Below, piece after piece: positions 37,722 to 46,746 of a stretch of 50,807 bases of DNA. Source of the stretch: Actinomycetes bacterium (GTDB taxonomy: Bacteria; Actinomycetota; Acidimicrobiia; Acidimicrobiales; Acidimicrobiaceae); the NCBI GenBank assembly GCA_021795585.1, contig JAJYPE010000001.1, positions 1 through 50,807 on the forward strand. Reading direction: 5' to 3'. A program made the position numbers and the translations under genes. The notes under the pieces are model-generated. The model saw only the letters and a list, made by a program, of their open reading frames with translations. It was not told where the DNA came from and made no database searches. Within the stretch, counting starts at the first letter, position 1, and each line of letters begins with the position of its first letter.

Positions 37722-39533
37722 TCATGGCTCCTCAAGAAAGCCAACCTCCTCAGGGTCGAAGCCGTTGGTGATGGGCATGCGCCGATCCTTGCCGAAAGAC
37801 TTGGGCGTAATCCTGACTCCGGGCGCGGCCTGCCGCCGCTTGTATTCGCTGCGATCGATTAGGCCGGCAACCCTTGTCACGAGCTTGGAGTCGTAGCCGG
37901 CACCTACCAGCTCCATCGGGGTCATATCCCTCTCCACCAGCGCCATCAGGATCGGATCGAGCTCCTCATACGGCGGCAGCGAGTCAACGTCGCGCTGTCC
38001 CGGGCGGAGCTCCGCAGACGGCGGCTTGAGCAGAACCTCCGAAGGAATGACCTCTCGGCCGGCCACAGCGTTGATGCGCTCGCAAAGCCGATACACGAGC
38101 AACTTGGGAACGTCCTTGATCAGAGCGAAGCCACCGGCGGAATCACCGTACAAAGTCGAATATCCGGTCGCAATCTCCGACTTGTTTCCGGTGGTGATCA
38201 CCAAGGCGCCGGTAGCGTTCGAATAGGCCATGATCAATACCGCACGAATTCTGCTCTGCAGGTTCTCGTCGGTCAGGCCCTGGGGCGGAGCTCCGAGCAC
38301 CTTGCCGATCACGTCGGAGAACCCGGTGTGCATGCGCTCGATCTCGGCTATCAGCAGCTCGATCCCAAGATTGTCGGCCAGCTTCTGGGCATCGCCCACC
38401 GAGCCTTCGGAGCTGTAGCGGGAGGGCATGGAGATCCCCGTCACGCGCTCCGGACCGATGGCCTCCACTGCCAGCGCCGCGCAAATGCTCGAGTCGATAC
38501 CACCCGACAACGCGATGACCACGCGCGAAAATCGGTTCTTCTCCACGTAGTCGGTCAGGCCGAGCTTGAGGGCGCCGAGTACCTCGTCAAGGTAGAAGTC
38601 GCTCAGGTCCGACACCCAGTTCTTTTCGAAGCTGGGGCTCGGTTCGAAAAGGAAGGCCGGGTGATCGGCAGGGTGGTAGGCGACGTGGGTGGACCCGACT
38701 GGCAACGAAGGTGCGATAGGTACCGTCTCCAGTTCCTCCTCCGCCACCAGGCCCCGCGGATCCAGCTGGTACTTACGGCTTGCCGCACCGAGGGGAACCC
38801 TGACCGTCTCGATCACTTCCTCGAACTGAGGAAAGCTGTATTTGAGGGTCCCATAGCTGTCGTAGACGAGCGAGCCGCCGTCGAACACCAGCTCGTCCTG
38901 TCCGCCCACCATGTTCACATAGACGATGGGGGTTGACATATCGCTGGCCCGGGTGGAGAGCATCGATGACCGCTGCCAACGGCGGCCCAAAAAGTAAGGG
39001 GAGGCGTTGATGTTCAGAATCACGTCGGCCCCGCCCTGAACCTGATCGAGCGCTGGGCCCGTCGGGCTCCAGATGTCCTCGCAAATGGAGACGCCCACCT
39101 TTACGCCACCTACATCGAAGAGCTTGTGCTCGCCGGAGCCGGGGACGAAGTAGCGCTGCTCGTCGAAGACCGCATAGTTGGGAAGCAACCGCTTGCGGTA
39201 GACGGCTTGCACCATGCCGCCATGCATGAATGCGGCCGCGTTGTGGAGTCGCCGCAGCTGCTCCGGGAAGCCCACGAGCAAGACGAGCTCGGGCAGCTCC
39301 TCCGCGATATGGTCCAAGTAATAGCCGCAGGCACGGATGAACGCCGGCTTGAGCAGCAGGTCCTCCGGGGGATAGCCGGTGAGGGCCAGCTCGGGAAATG
39401 CGACGATGTCCGCCCCTTGCCCGGCGGCATGGCGGGCCGACTCGACGATCTTGGCTGCATTCCCCTCAAGATCTCCGACCTTGAGGTTTATCTGGCAGAT
39501 CCCGACGTTCAGGGAGGTTGCTTCGTCGATCAT
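37722..39533 (-). CDS. nadE: Glutamine-dependent NAD+ synthetase
   Basis: Nitrilase domain FPELALTGYPPEDL, YRKRLLPNY.VFDE.RYF, ICEDIW; synthetase LSGGIDS, ENLQSRIR, TGNKSE...GYSTLYGD, PSAELRPGQ.D.DSLPPY. Confidence 0.96.
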   Translation of the reverse strand: MIDEATSLNVGICQINLKVGDLEGNAAKIVESARHAAGQGADIVAFPELALTGYPPEDLLLKPAFIRACGYYLDHIAEELPELVLLVGFPEQLRRLHNAAAFMHGGMVQAVYRKRLLPNYAVFDEQRYFVPGSGEHKLFDVGGVKVGVSICEDIWSPTGPALDQVQGGADVILNINASPYFLGRRWQRSSMLSTRASDMSTPIVYVNMVGGQDELVFDGGSLVYDSYGTLKYSFPQFEEVIETVRVPLGAASRKYQLDPRGLVAEEELETVPIAPSLPVGSTHVAYHPADHPAFLFEPSPSFEKNWVSDLSDFYLDEVLGALKLGLTDYVEKNRFSRVVIALSGGIDSSICAALAVEAIGPERVTGISMPSRYSSEGSVGDAQKLADNLGIELLIAEIERMHTGFSDVIGKVLGAPPQGLTDENLQSRIRAVLIMAYSNATGALVITTGNKSEIATGYSTLYGDSAGGFALIKDVPKLLVYRLCERINAVAGREVIPSEVLLKPPSAELRPGQRDVDSLPPYEELDPILMALVERDMTPMELVGAGYDSKLVTRVAGLIDRSEYKRRQAAPGVRITPKSFGKDRRMPITNGFDPEEVGFLEEP

Positions 39534-39604
39534 GGCTCGATCACCCCTCGAATGCTAGCGCTGGCGCCCAGCGCAGCGCCACCGGCCCGACCGCAGAGGC
39601 CAGG

Positions 39605-39644
39605 AAACAAAGCGGGGCGGCCACCTTTCGGCAGCCGCCCCGCT
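39605..39644 (-). terminator. Intrinsic terminator downstream of glnA
   Basis: Minus strand AGCGGGGCGGC-TGCCGAAAGGTG-GCCGCCCCGCT-TTGTTT. Confidence 0.8.
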
Positions 39645-39668
39645 CGAAGGCCATGCAAGTCCGCAGAC

Positions 39669-41096
39669 CTACATGTCGTAGTACATCATGAACTCCCAGG
39701 GATGCGGGCGCAGGCGAATCTGGTCCGCTTCCTGGTAGAGCTTGTAATCGATCCAGGTGTCGATCAGATCCTGGGTGAACACGTCACCTTCAAGCAGGTA
39801 GTCGTGATCGTCGGCCAGGGCCTGGAGAGCTCCCTCCAGCGAGGACGGCACCTGCGGAATCTGCTTGGCTGCGTCGCCCTTCAACTCGAAGAGGTCATAG
39901 TCGACGGGGGTCGGTGGCTCGATCTGGTTCTTGATCCCGTCCAGGCCGGCCATCAGCATCGCCGCGAAGGCGAGATACGGGTTGGCCATCGGATCCGGGC
40001 AGCGGAACTCCACGCGCTTGGCCTTCGGGCTGGCGGAGTAGGCGGGGATTCGGCATGCGGCCGAACGGTTCCGCTCGCTGTAGACCAGGTTGACCGGCGC
40101 CTCGTAGCCGGGAACCAGGCGCTTGTAAGAGTTGGTCGTCGGTGCGCCGAAGGCCAGGATCGAGGAGCCGTGCTTGAGGAGCCCGCCGATGTACCAGCGC
40201 GCGAGATCCGAGAGCTGGGCGTATTGCCCATCGGCATCGAAGAAGAGCGGCTTGCCCTCCGTCCAGAGCGACTGGTGGGTGTGCATGCCCGAACCGTTGT
40301 CCTGGAACAGCGGCTTAGGCATGAAGGTGGCGCTGTAGCCGTTCTTGTAAGCCACGCTCTTCACGATGTACTTGTAAAGCATGACCTTGTCGGCCATGGT
40401 AAGCAAAGTGTCGAAGCGCATGTCGATCTCGGCCTGCCCGGCGGTGGCGACCTCGTGGTGCTGCACCTCGATTTCGATGCCCATTTGCTGCATCACAAGG
40501 ACCATCTCGGTACGCAGGTCCTGGAACTTGTCCGAGGGGGGAACCGGGAAGTAGCCCTCCTTGTAGCGAAGCTTGTATCCCAGGTTCGGACCCTCGTCGC
40601 GATTCGAGTTCCAGATGCCTTCGATCGAGTCGACCGAGTAGGAGGCCGAGCGGGAATCCTGGTGGTACTTCACGTCATCGAAGATGAAGAACTCCGCCTC
40701 GGGGCCGAAGTATGCGGTGTCGGCAACTCCGGTCGCGATCAAGTGGTCCTCAGCTTTCTTGGCAATGTAGCGAGGATCGCGATCGTAGTGCTCCAACGTG
40801 AGCGGATCGTGGATGAAGCAGTTGACGTTTAGCGTCTTGTGCTGCCGGAAGGGGTCAAGGACTGCCGTCGCGGGGTCCGGCAGGAGAATCATGTCGGACT
40901 CGTTGATCGCCTTGAAGCCCCGGATCGACGAGCCGTCGAAGCCGAAGCCTTCAGCGAAGGAGTCCTCGGTCAACTGGCTGATCGGCACCGAAATGTGCTG
41001 CATTACGCCCGGAAGGTCGCAGAAGCGAAGGTCGACCATCTCGACGCCCTCGTCCTTGGCCATCCGGATTACACCGGCAGGAGTCTTCTCCGTCAT
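39669..41096 (-). CDS. glnA: Glutamine synthetase type I (GSI-beta/GlnA1-like)
   Basis: [77 protein letters not shown]; start ATG 41096. Confidence 0.96.
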   Translation of the reverse strand: MTEKTPAGVIRMAKDEGVEMVDLRFCDLPGVMQHISVPISQLTEDSFAEGFGFDGSSIRGFKAINESDMILLPDPATAVLDPFRQHKTLNVNCFIHDPLTLEHYDRDPRYIAKKAEDHLIATGVADTAYFGPEAEFFIFDDVKYHQDSRSASYSVDSIEGIWNSNRDEGPNLGYKLRYKEGYFPVPPSDKFQDLRTEMVLVMQQMGIEIEVQHHEVATAGQAEIDMRFDTLLTMADKVMLYKYIVKSVAYKNGYSATFMPKPLFQDNGSGMHTHQSLWTEGKPLFFDADGQYAQLSDLARWYIGGLLKHGSSILAFGAPTTNSYKRLVPGYEAPVNLVYSERNRSAACRIPAYSASPKAKRVEFRCPDPMANPYLAFAAMLMAGLDGIKNQIEPPTPVDYDLFELKGDAAKQIPQVPSSLEGALQALADDHDYLLEGDVFTQDLIDTWIDYKLYQEADQIRLRPHPWEFMMYYDM

Positions 41097-41288
41097 TCGC
41101 GCTCCTTGGTAGCTGAAGTCCTCGGCCGGCTGGGGCGGGCAGCATTGGTCGCACCAATTCCGGGCCATCGAAAAGGCTAGAGTCGCCCCAACACACGATC
41201 CGGAGGCAAGTGTGAACACTTCATTAACTCGGGATCGCGACCAGCTCCGAGTCGTGGGTTTTCGCCGGCCACAACTATTGATATATGT

Positions 41289-42632
41289 GTGCCAACACGA
41301 CCGAACATCCGCACTCAGATCGAATACGTCCTCAAGACGGTGGAAGAGCGCAAGGTCGCCTTCATCCAACTGTGGTTCTCCGACGTGCTCGGCACGCCCA
41401 AGAGCCTGCAGATCACGCCGGCGGAGCTGGAGAATGCACTCACCGAAGGAATGACATTCGACGGATCGGCGATCGACGGCTTCTCACGGGTGCAAGAGAG
41501 CGACGTGATCGCCGTGCCGGATCCGACGACCTTCTCGCTTCTTCCCACCGACACCTCGATGGCGCGAATATTTTGCGACATCACCAATTTGGACGCCACC
41601 CCGTTTGCAGGATGCCCCCGCAACACACTGCGGCACGCACTCGACAAGGCGCACGAGCTCGGCTACTCGTTCTTCGCCGCCCCGGAACTCGAGTACTTCT
41701 ACTTCTCCGAGGCGAAGCCTGGCAAGCCGCCAATCCCTATTGATTCCGGCTCGTACTTCGAGCTGACCGTCTCCGACCTTGCCACCCAGCTTCGCAAGCG
41801 GACGGTGCTGGCTCTCGAGGACATGGGCATCCCGGTGGAGTACTCCCAGCATGAGGACTCGCCGGGCCAACACGAAATCGACCTGCGGTACACGGACGCA
41901 CTGACCATGGCCGACAACGTGATGACCACCCGGCTGCTGATCAAGGAGATCGCCTCCGCCAGCGGGGTAATGGCCACGTTCATGCCCAAGCCCATGGCAG
42001 GGGTGCAAGGTTCGGGCATGCACACCCACTTCTCACTCTTCCGCGGCAACCAAAACGCCTTCTACGACGAAAAGGGCGAGTGGGGACTCTCCCAGGTGGC
42101 GCGCCAGTTCATTGCGGGCCTACTCAAACATGCCCCTGAGATAACCGCGGTCACCAACCAGTGGGTCAACTCCTACAAGCGCCTGGTGCCAGGATACGAG
42201 GCTCCCGTATATGTTTCGTGGGCGCAGAACAACCGCTCCGCCCTTGTCAGGGTCCCCAATCCGCGCCACACCAAACCCCAGTCCACCCGCATCGAATACC
42301 GCGCCATCGACCCCGCCACAAACCCTTACCTCGCCTTTGCGGTGGTCCTGGGTGCAGGCCTGGACGGCATCGAGAAGGGCTACGAGCTTCCCGCCGAGAC
42401 CTCGGAGAACCTTTTCGCACTGACGCCGGAGGAGGTGGTCAGGCGTGGCATATGCTCGCTGCCGGGCAGCCTCGAGGATGCGGTCCGCGAAATGGAAAAA
42501 TCGGAGTTGATGCGAGAGGTGCTCGGCGCACACGTCTTCGAGTGGTTCGTCCGCAACAAGCACGATGAATGGAATGGCTACAAAACCCAGGTCTCCCAGT
42601 ACGAGCTCGACCGGTATTTGGGGCACCTATAA
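41289..42632 (+). CDS. glnA2: Glutamine synthetase family protein (GlnA2/GSI-alpha-like)
   Basis: [67 protein letters not shown]. Confidence 0.88.
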   Translation: MPTRPNIRTQIEYVLKTVEERKVAFIQLWFSDVLGTPKSLQITPAELENALTEGMTFDGSAIDGFSRVQESDVIAVPDPTTFSLLPTDTSMARIFCDITNLDATPFAGCPRNTLRHALDKAHELGYSFFAAPELEYFYFSEAKPGKPPIPIDSGSYFELTVSDLATQLRKRTVLALEDMGIPVEYSQHEDSPGQHEIDLRYTDALTMADNVMTTRLLIKEIASASGVMATFMPKPMAGVQGSGMHTHFSLFRGNQNAFYDEKGEWGLSQVARQFIAGLLKHAPEITAVTNQWVNSYKRLVPGYEAPVYVSWAQNNRSALVRVPNPRHTKPQSTRIEYRAIDPATNPYLAFAVVLGAGLDGIEKGYELPAETSENLFALTPEEVVRRGICSLPGSLEDAVREMEKSELMREVLGAHVFEWFVRNKHDEWNGYKTQVSQYELDRYLGHL

Positions 42633-43310
42633 ATGGAGCCGCTGATCCTCTATCCTGGGGAGCCACCGTTCCACGTGATCAAAGCCCTCCAGGACGGGGG
42701 GTACCCGTTCGCCGCCGTTTCTTCGATGGTACAGGTCTCCAAAGAGGAGACCGAGGAGGGTTGGTCCGGCGCGATCATCTGTGCCGACTCCAATCTCGAA
42801 GACGCCTTTCTCATATGCAGGCAGCTGCGCTCCAAAGAAAGAAACGTCTCGCCGGTACTCCTGGTGGTGGACAGGCAGAGCCTTGGAAAGCTCGAACTGC
42901 GAGAGGACCTCTTCGACGACTTCGTGACGCTGCCCCTCGACGCCCGGGAACTCGAAGTGCGGCTGCAGCGGCTCTTTTTCCGGAGTGGGCGCGGGCTGGC
43001 GAAGGAGGTCATCGAGTACGGGCCGCTGAGAATCAACCTGGAGACGTACCAGGCCGGCATCGGCGACCGCTCGCTGGATCTGACCTACATGGAATACCAG
43101 CTGCTCACCTTTCTGGCTTCGCATCCCGGCCGGGTCTTCAACCGAGAGACTCTCCTCTCGCGCGTCTGGGGGTACGAATACTACGGAGGTGCCCGTACGG
43201 TGGACGTCCACATCCGGCGTCTGCGAGCAAAGCTCGGTGACCAGCACGAGTCGCTGATCGAGACCGTGAGGAGCGTCGGCTACCGCTTCGGGCGCAACCC
43301 GAGGCATTGA
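42633..43310 (+). CDS. glnR: GlnR-like orphan OmpR-family nitrogen regulator
   Basis: wHTH LDLTYMEYQLL.FLA.HPGRVF.R..LL..VWGYEYYGGARTVDVHIRRLRAKLG..HESLI.TVR.VGYRF; atypical receiver; no kinase nearby; abuts glnA2. Confidence 0.8.
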   Translation: MEPLILYPGEPPFHVIKALQDGGYPFAAVSSMVQVSKEETEEGWSGAIICADSNLEDAFLICRQLRSKERNVSPVLLVVDRQSLGKLELREDLFDDFVTLPLDARELEVRLQRLFFRSGRGLAKEVIEYGPLRINLETYQAGIGDRSLDLTYMEYQLLTFLASHPGRVFNRETLLSRVWGYEYYGGARTVDVHIRRLRAKLGDQHESLIETVRSVGYRFGRNPRH

Positions 43311-43449
43311 GCACGTCACGCCCGCAGCTTCTCCGAGGTTCCGAGCGGATTCGCTGGGTCTAGAACCTTTAATGCCTTTGCACCTGAGGTAACATCAGAC
43401 TTGCACTGGCACCGGCGCGACGAGGCCCAAACCTTGCACTGGAGATCTC

Positions 43450-45567
43450 ATGCCCCCGAATATCGACGCCTCTGAGCTCCTGCGCCAAGGCAAGAGCAGC
43501 AAGCCAAAGCCCAAAATCTCGGCCGGTGGCAAAGGCACACCGGCCCGCTCCGATTCCCTGACCAAAGAACTCGCCGAGCGCTTCGCCAAGGCCAGCAAGA
43601 CCAACCCGTCCACGCTCCCCAAACCGGTCTCGACCGACAAGGGCGGAGCACCTCAGCAAAAGCCCGAAAAGCAATCCTGGCTGCAGAAGCAGAAAGAGAA
43701 GCGCAAGGTCAAGGCGCAGGAGAAAAAGGCGTTCAACGAGAAATACAAGAACGCAAAGGTTCCCGCCTTCCGACAGCAGGTAGCCATGAACGAGGAGGCC
43801 TTCAAACAGGAGGGGGCCGTCGACGCCAAGGCAACGCAGAAGGACACCGACCGCAAGGAGGACGCTCCCTTCGTGAAGAGTGCCACGAGCGCTCAGAAAT
43901 TCAGAGAGAAGGCGTTGAAGTCGAAGGTAGGCGGCACGCAGGGCTTCGACGACAGCAAGTTGACCGGCGCGATAAACCAGAAGATCACCCAGCATGGGCA
44001 CGTCGCACAGACCAGCGAACTCGATGACAACATTGCAAATGTAGGGACGGGCCAAACAGCCTTGACCGGGATAGGCGGGGCCACCACCGTGGGCGGCGGC
44101 ATGGCCAGCGGCCTCGACGCCTTGAAGACCCACGTCGCGCCCTCGATGGCCGTCAACAACCTTGGCGCAGGTATCGCTTCTGACGCGGGATCGCTGGTAT
44201 CACTCGTCTCCGGGATAATGGACATCATTGGCCTTGTTTTCGCCAAGCTCAAGGCCGGGGAGGACGCTTCTTCTGCACAGCAGGAGGACCTGAGCCTCCA
44301 GTTGTCCCAGGCGGTCATGAACACGGCGGCAAGCGGGGGCATCCTTGCCAGGGACATCATGGAGCTGGTCGCGATAGGCCAATCCCTGCCCGCGTCATCC
44401 AGCCTCCTCACCACTGCAATCCCCGGCTTGGGTATCGCCATCAGCGCGACACAGATGGTTTCAACCTCTGTCGACCTGGGCCGGCAGGCAGCGCTGGTCC
44501 ACCGAACCAACTCGAACATGGGCTCTCTGCAGAAGATGGCCAAGGACCCCCAGAACGCAAAACAGATGGGTGACATCTCGGTTCTCAAGGGAGCCATCTC
44601 CAACTTCAAGGGCGGCGCGGTAGGGCTCCTCGTCAGCGACGTAATAAGTGCATTTTCCGGACTCGTTTCACTCATTGGCTCGGCCCTGTCTATGCTGGCG
44701 CCCGGCACGCCCGTGCACGGGGCTGGTGCGGCCCTTGGTGTCGCTTCGAGCGGAATCTCGGCAGCCAAGAGCGTCGCCTTCCAGGTCAAGGGCTGGGTAC
44801 AGGCGAGCCAGGTCCACAAGTACCGCGACAAATACAAGTCCGGCCAAATGATGAGCGATGGCCTCGAAGTATCCGAGATGCTGGTCAAGAAGGACCCGAA
44901 GCACGCGGCCCAAACGCTCTTGAGCTACGCCCGTGGTGAACCCAGGCCGGACGGCACGAAGGTGGACCCGACGCTCCAGGACCATGCCAAGAAGCAACTC
45001 AAGGCGCTCGGTGTCGGTGAAGGCGAGCTGAACAAGCTCACTCCCAGCCAACTCCGCGATTTAATGGTGTCAAGGGTCGGCTATTCGCAGGAGCCCAAGA
45101 CCTTTGTACAGACCTTCAAGGACTTGGGCCGGAAGGTGAGCGACGTCTTCACCCAGAACCCGTTACATTACTCAGGAAAGCGCACGGAAATTAAGAACCT
45201 CGCCGAGGTAAAGAACACCCTCGGCTATGGCGGCGTGAATGACCGGGGGTTCAATTGGATTAACAAGCAAGGGGCCTTCTCGAAGCAGGGCGACATACGG
45301 TCACAGCAGGCTCAGATGAAGTTTCTCGTAGCTCAGTCGCCCTTGAGCGAGCAGGAGAAGGACAGGCTGTTGCAGCTTCTCCCGGGCTACAAACCTCAGG
45401 GCACCACCGGCACGCCCAGTACCGGCACGCCCAGTACCGGCACGCCAACTGCAGGCGGCCAACAAGCCAAGAAGGATCCCAAAGGCAAGAACCAGGAGCA
45501 CATCGGGGAGCTCATGCGGGCGGTGCTCGCAAAGAAGGAGGCCGCTGAAAGCGGTGCCAAAGTCTGA
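43450..45567 (+). CDS. Uncharacterised 705-aa protein; candidate injected effector with pore/translocator-like helices
   Basis: SD GGAG; Lys/Gln-rich N-terminus; Gly/Ala/Ser-rich hydrophobic segments in the middle; no Sec/Tat signal. ORF is solid, function is inferred. Confidence 0.75.
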   Translation: MPPNIDASELLRQGKSSKPKPKISAGGKGTPARSDSLTKELAERFAKASKTNPSTLPKPVSTDKGGAPQQKPEKQSWLQKQKEKRKVKAQEKKAFNEKYKNAKVPAFRQQVAMNEEAFKQEGAVDAKATQKDTDRKEDAPFVKSATSAQKFREKALKSKVGGTQGFDDSKLTGAINQKITQHGHVAQTSELDDNIANVGTGQTALTGIGGATTVGGGMASGLDALKTHVAPSMAVNNLGAGIASDAGSLVSLVSGIMDIIGLVFAKLKAGEDASSAQQEDLSLQLSQAVMNTAASGGILARDIMELVAIGQSLPASSSLLTTAIPGLGIAISATQMVSTSVDLGRQAALVHRTNSNMGSLQKMAKDPQNAKQMGDISVLKGAISNFKGGAVGLLVSDVISAFSGLVSLIGSALSMLAPGTPVHGAGAALGVASSGISAAKSVAFQVKGWVQASQVHKYRDKYKSGQMMSDGLEVSEMLVKKDPKHAAQTLLSYARGEPRPDGTKVDPTLQDHAKKQLKALGVGEGELNKLTPSQLRDLMVSRVGYSQEPKTFVQTFKDLGRKVSDVFTQNPLHYSGKRTEIKNLAEVKNTLGYGGVNDRGFNWINKQGAFSKQGDIRSQQAQMKFLVAQSPLSEQEKDRLLQLLPGYKPQGTTGTPSTGTPSTGTPTAGGQQAKKDPKGKNQEHIGELMRAVLAKKEAAESGAKV
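45406..45450 (+). repeat. 15-bp in-frame tandem repeat, 3 copies (TGTPS TGTPS TGTPT)
   Basis: ACCGGCACGCCCAGT twice, then ACCGGCACGCCAACT. Confidence 0.95.
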
Positions 45568-45620
45568 TCCCAACGCAGGCGTTTCGCACCGTGGACGAGG
45601 TCGCACAGTCATTCGCGTAA

Positions 45621-46112
45621 ATGACTGATACCCTGACACTCCCATCCGTCGCAGCGCGTGAGTACGTGTCCACCTACATCGGCGAATACTCAAGAGACGA
45701 GGGCAAGGGAATATTCTCATGGATCCACCAGGGCGACAGGGTGGCATGGGAAGTCACGCTGAGGGCATTCGACCCTGGGGGGGTGGTCGTTGTCGTATCG
45801 ACCTGCCCCTTCAAGATCGAGATACCCGAACGCGCTCTGGTGAACAAGTTCGTTTCGCTGCTCAACTTCCAGAGCACAGAGGCGGTTTTCGCACTGCAAC
45901 CGGAGCTAGGAGACCTGACTACAAAAACCTCTGCGTTCCTCGGCTCGGAGTTCCTGGCCACCCAGATCGCGCTTCAGGACGCCGTGGGCCTGGTTCGATA
46001 CGCGGTGGATGTCAACCTCGAGTCGGCCGAGGAGGTATTCGGCGCGGCTGCCCGGCTTACCCAGGGCATGTCGACCGTTGACGCCGAGTTGCAAGCGCTG
46101 GAAGGACTCTGA
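45621..46112 (+). CDS. YbjN/type III secretion chaperone-like protein
   Basis: Small and acidic; W.V...VVSTCPF.I...R..V..F...LN......F......GDL..KTS pattern. Confidence 0.7.
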   Translation: MTDTLTLPSVAAREYVSTYIGEYSRDEGKGIFSWIHQGDRVAWEVTLRAFDPGGVVVVVSTCPFKIEIPERALVNKFVSLLNFQSTEAVFALQPELGDLTTKTSAFLGSEFLATQIALQDAVGLVRYAVDVNLESAEEVFGAAARLTQGMSTVDAELQALEGL

Positions 46113-46199
46113 GCCTCGTCGGATTGCCGGCGACAATCCGTACCTGGTATCCCTTTGAGGGCTACGCTTAGCCTGTTCTCCCTTATGAAAGGACGCTTC

Positions 46200-46697
46200 T
46201 TGCCCGGCACCAGCAGCAAGACCCTCTTGAACTTGACCGAGGAGGTTCTGAAGGACAGCCAGTTCGAGTACGAGCGAATTTCCGATACCGACGCCTACTC
46301 CATCGATTACAGCTTCGATGACGTGAGTTGGATGATCTTCGTCCAGGTGGTCGAAAATCTCGGCCTGGTGATTGCCTACTCGAGCTGCCCGTTCTCGATA
46401 GAGCAGGAGTACCACTCCCAGGTCATGGAGTTCTCGTCGCGCCTGAACTACGTTCTCTTCGAGGGTGGTTTCGAGATGGACACTGCTGACGGTGACCTTC
46501 GCTTCAAGACCTCCGCCTTCGTAGGCTCGGAAGCCTCGCCCACCACCCTGTCCGAGGAGGACATCAAGGCGCTGATCCAGCACACTGTCTTCTCCAACAT
46601 TTTCGTGGCGACGATTTCATTCCCGTCCGTCGCCAAGATCGTGCGAGGGATAATCTCGGTCGACGAGGCCGTGGTCGCCTCGTCCGACCTGGGCTAG
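46200..46697 (+). CDS. YbjN/type III secretion chaperone-like protein (paralogue)
   Basis: YSSCPFSI......VMEF.SRLNY.L.EGGFEMD..DGDLRFKTS; start set at TTG 46200 after GAAAGGA. Confidence 0.8.
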   Translation: MPGTSSKTLLNLTEEVLKDSQFEYERISDTDAYSIDYSFDDVSWMIFVQVVENLGLVIAYSSCPFSIEQEYHSQVMEFSSRLNYVLFEGGFEMDTADGDLRFKTSAFVGSEASPTTLSEEDIKALIQHTVFSNIFVATISFPSVAKIVRGIISVDEAVVASSDLG

Positions 46698-46746
46698 GCG
46701 AATCTCGGGCGAAAATGTCGGACGCCGGGATCATACTCACTTCGTA

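Noticed and set aside
32154-40832. Long alternative ORFs (32154-33788 minus, 35931-37037 plus, 39126-40832 plus) and similar ones elsewhere
   Set aside because: They are antisense or frame shadows of recognised genes, as expected in high-GC DNA.
41097-41369. 91-aa N-terminal extension of GlnA in the ORF track
   Set aside because: It crosses the divergent promoter and overlaps the glnA2 start; homology and an SD begin at ATG 41096.
43378-43442. TTGCACT as an HrcA CIRCE operator or a mini-CRISPR
   Set aside because: The copies are direct, lack the inverted GAGTGC half, are too short for CRISPR repeats, and no cas genes are present.
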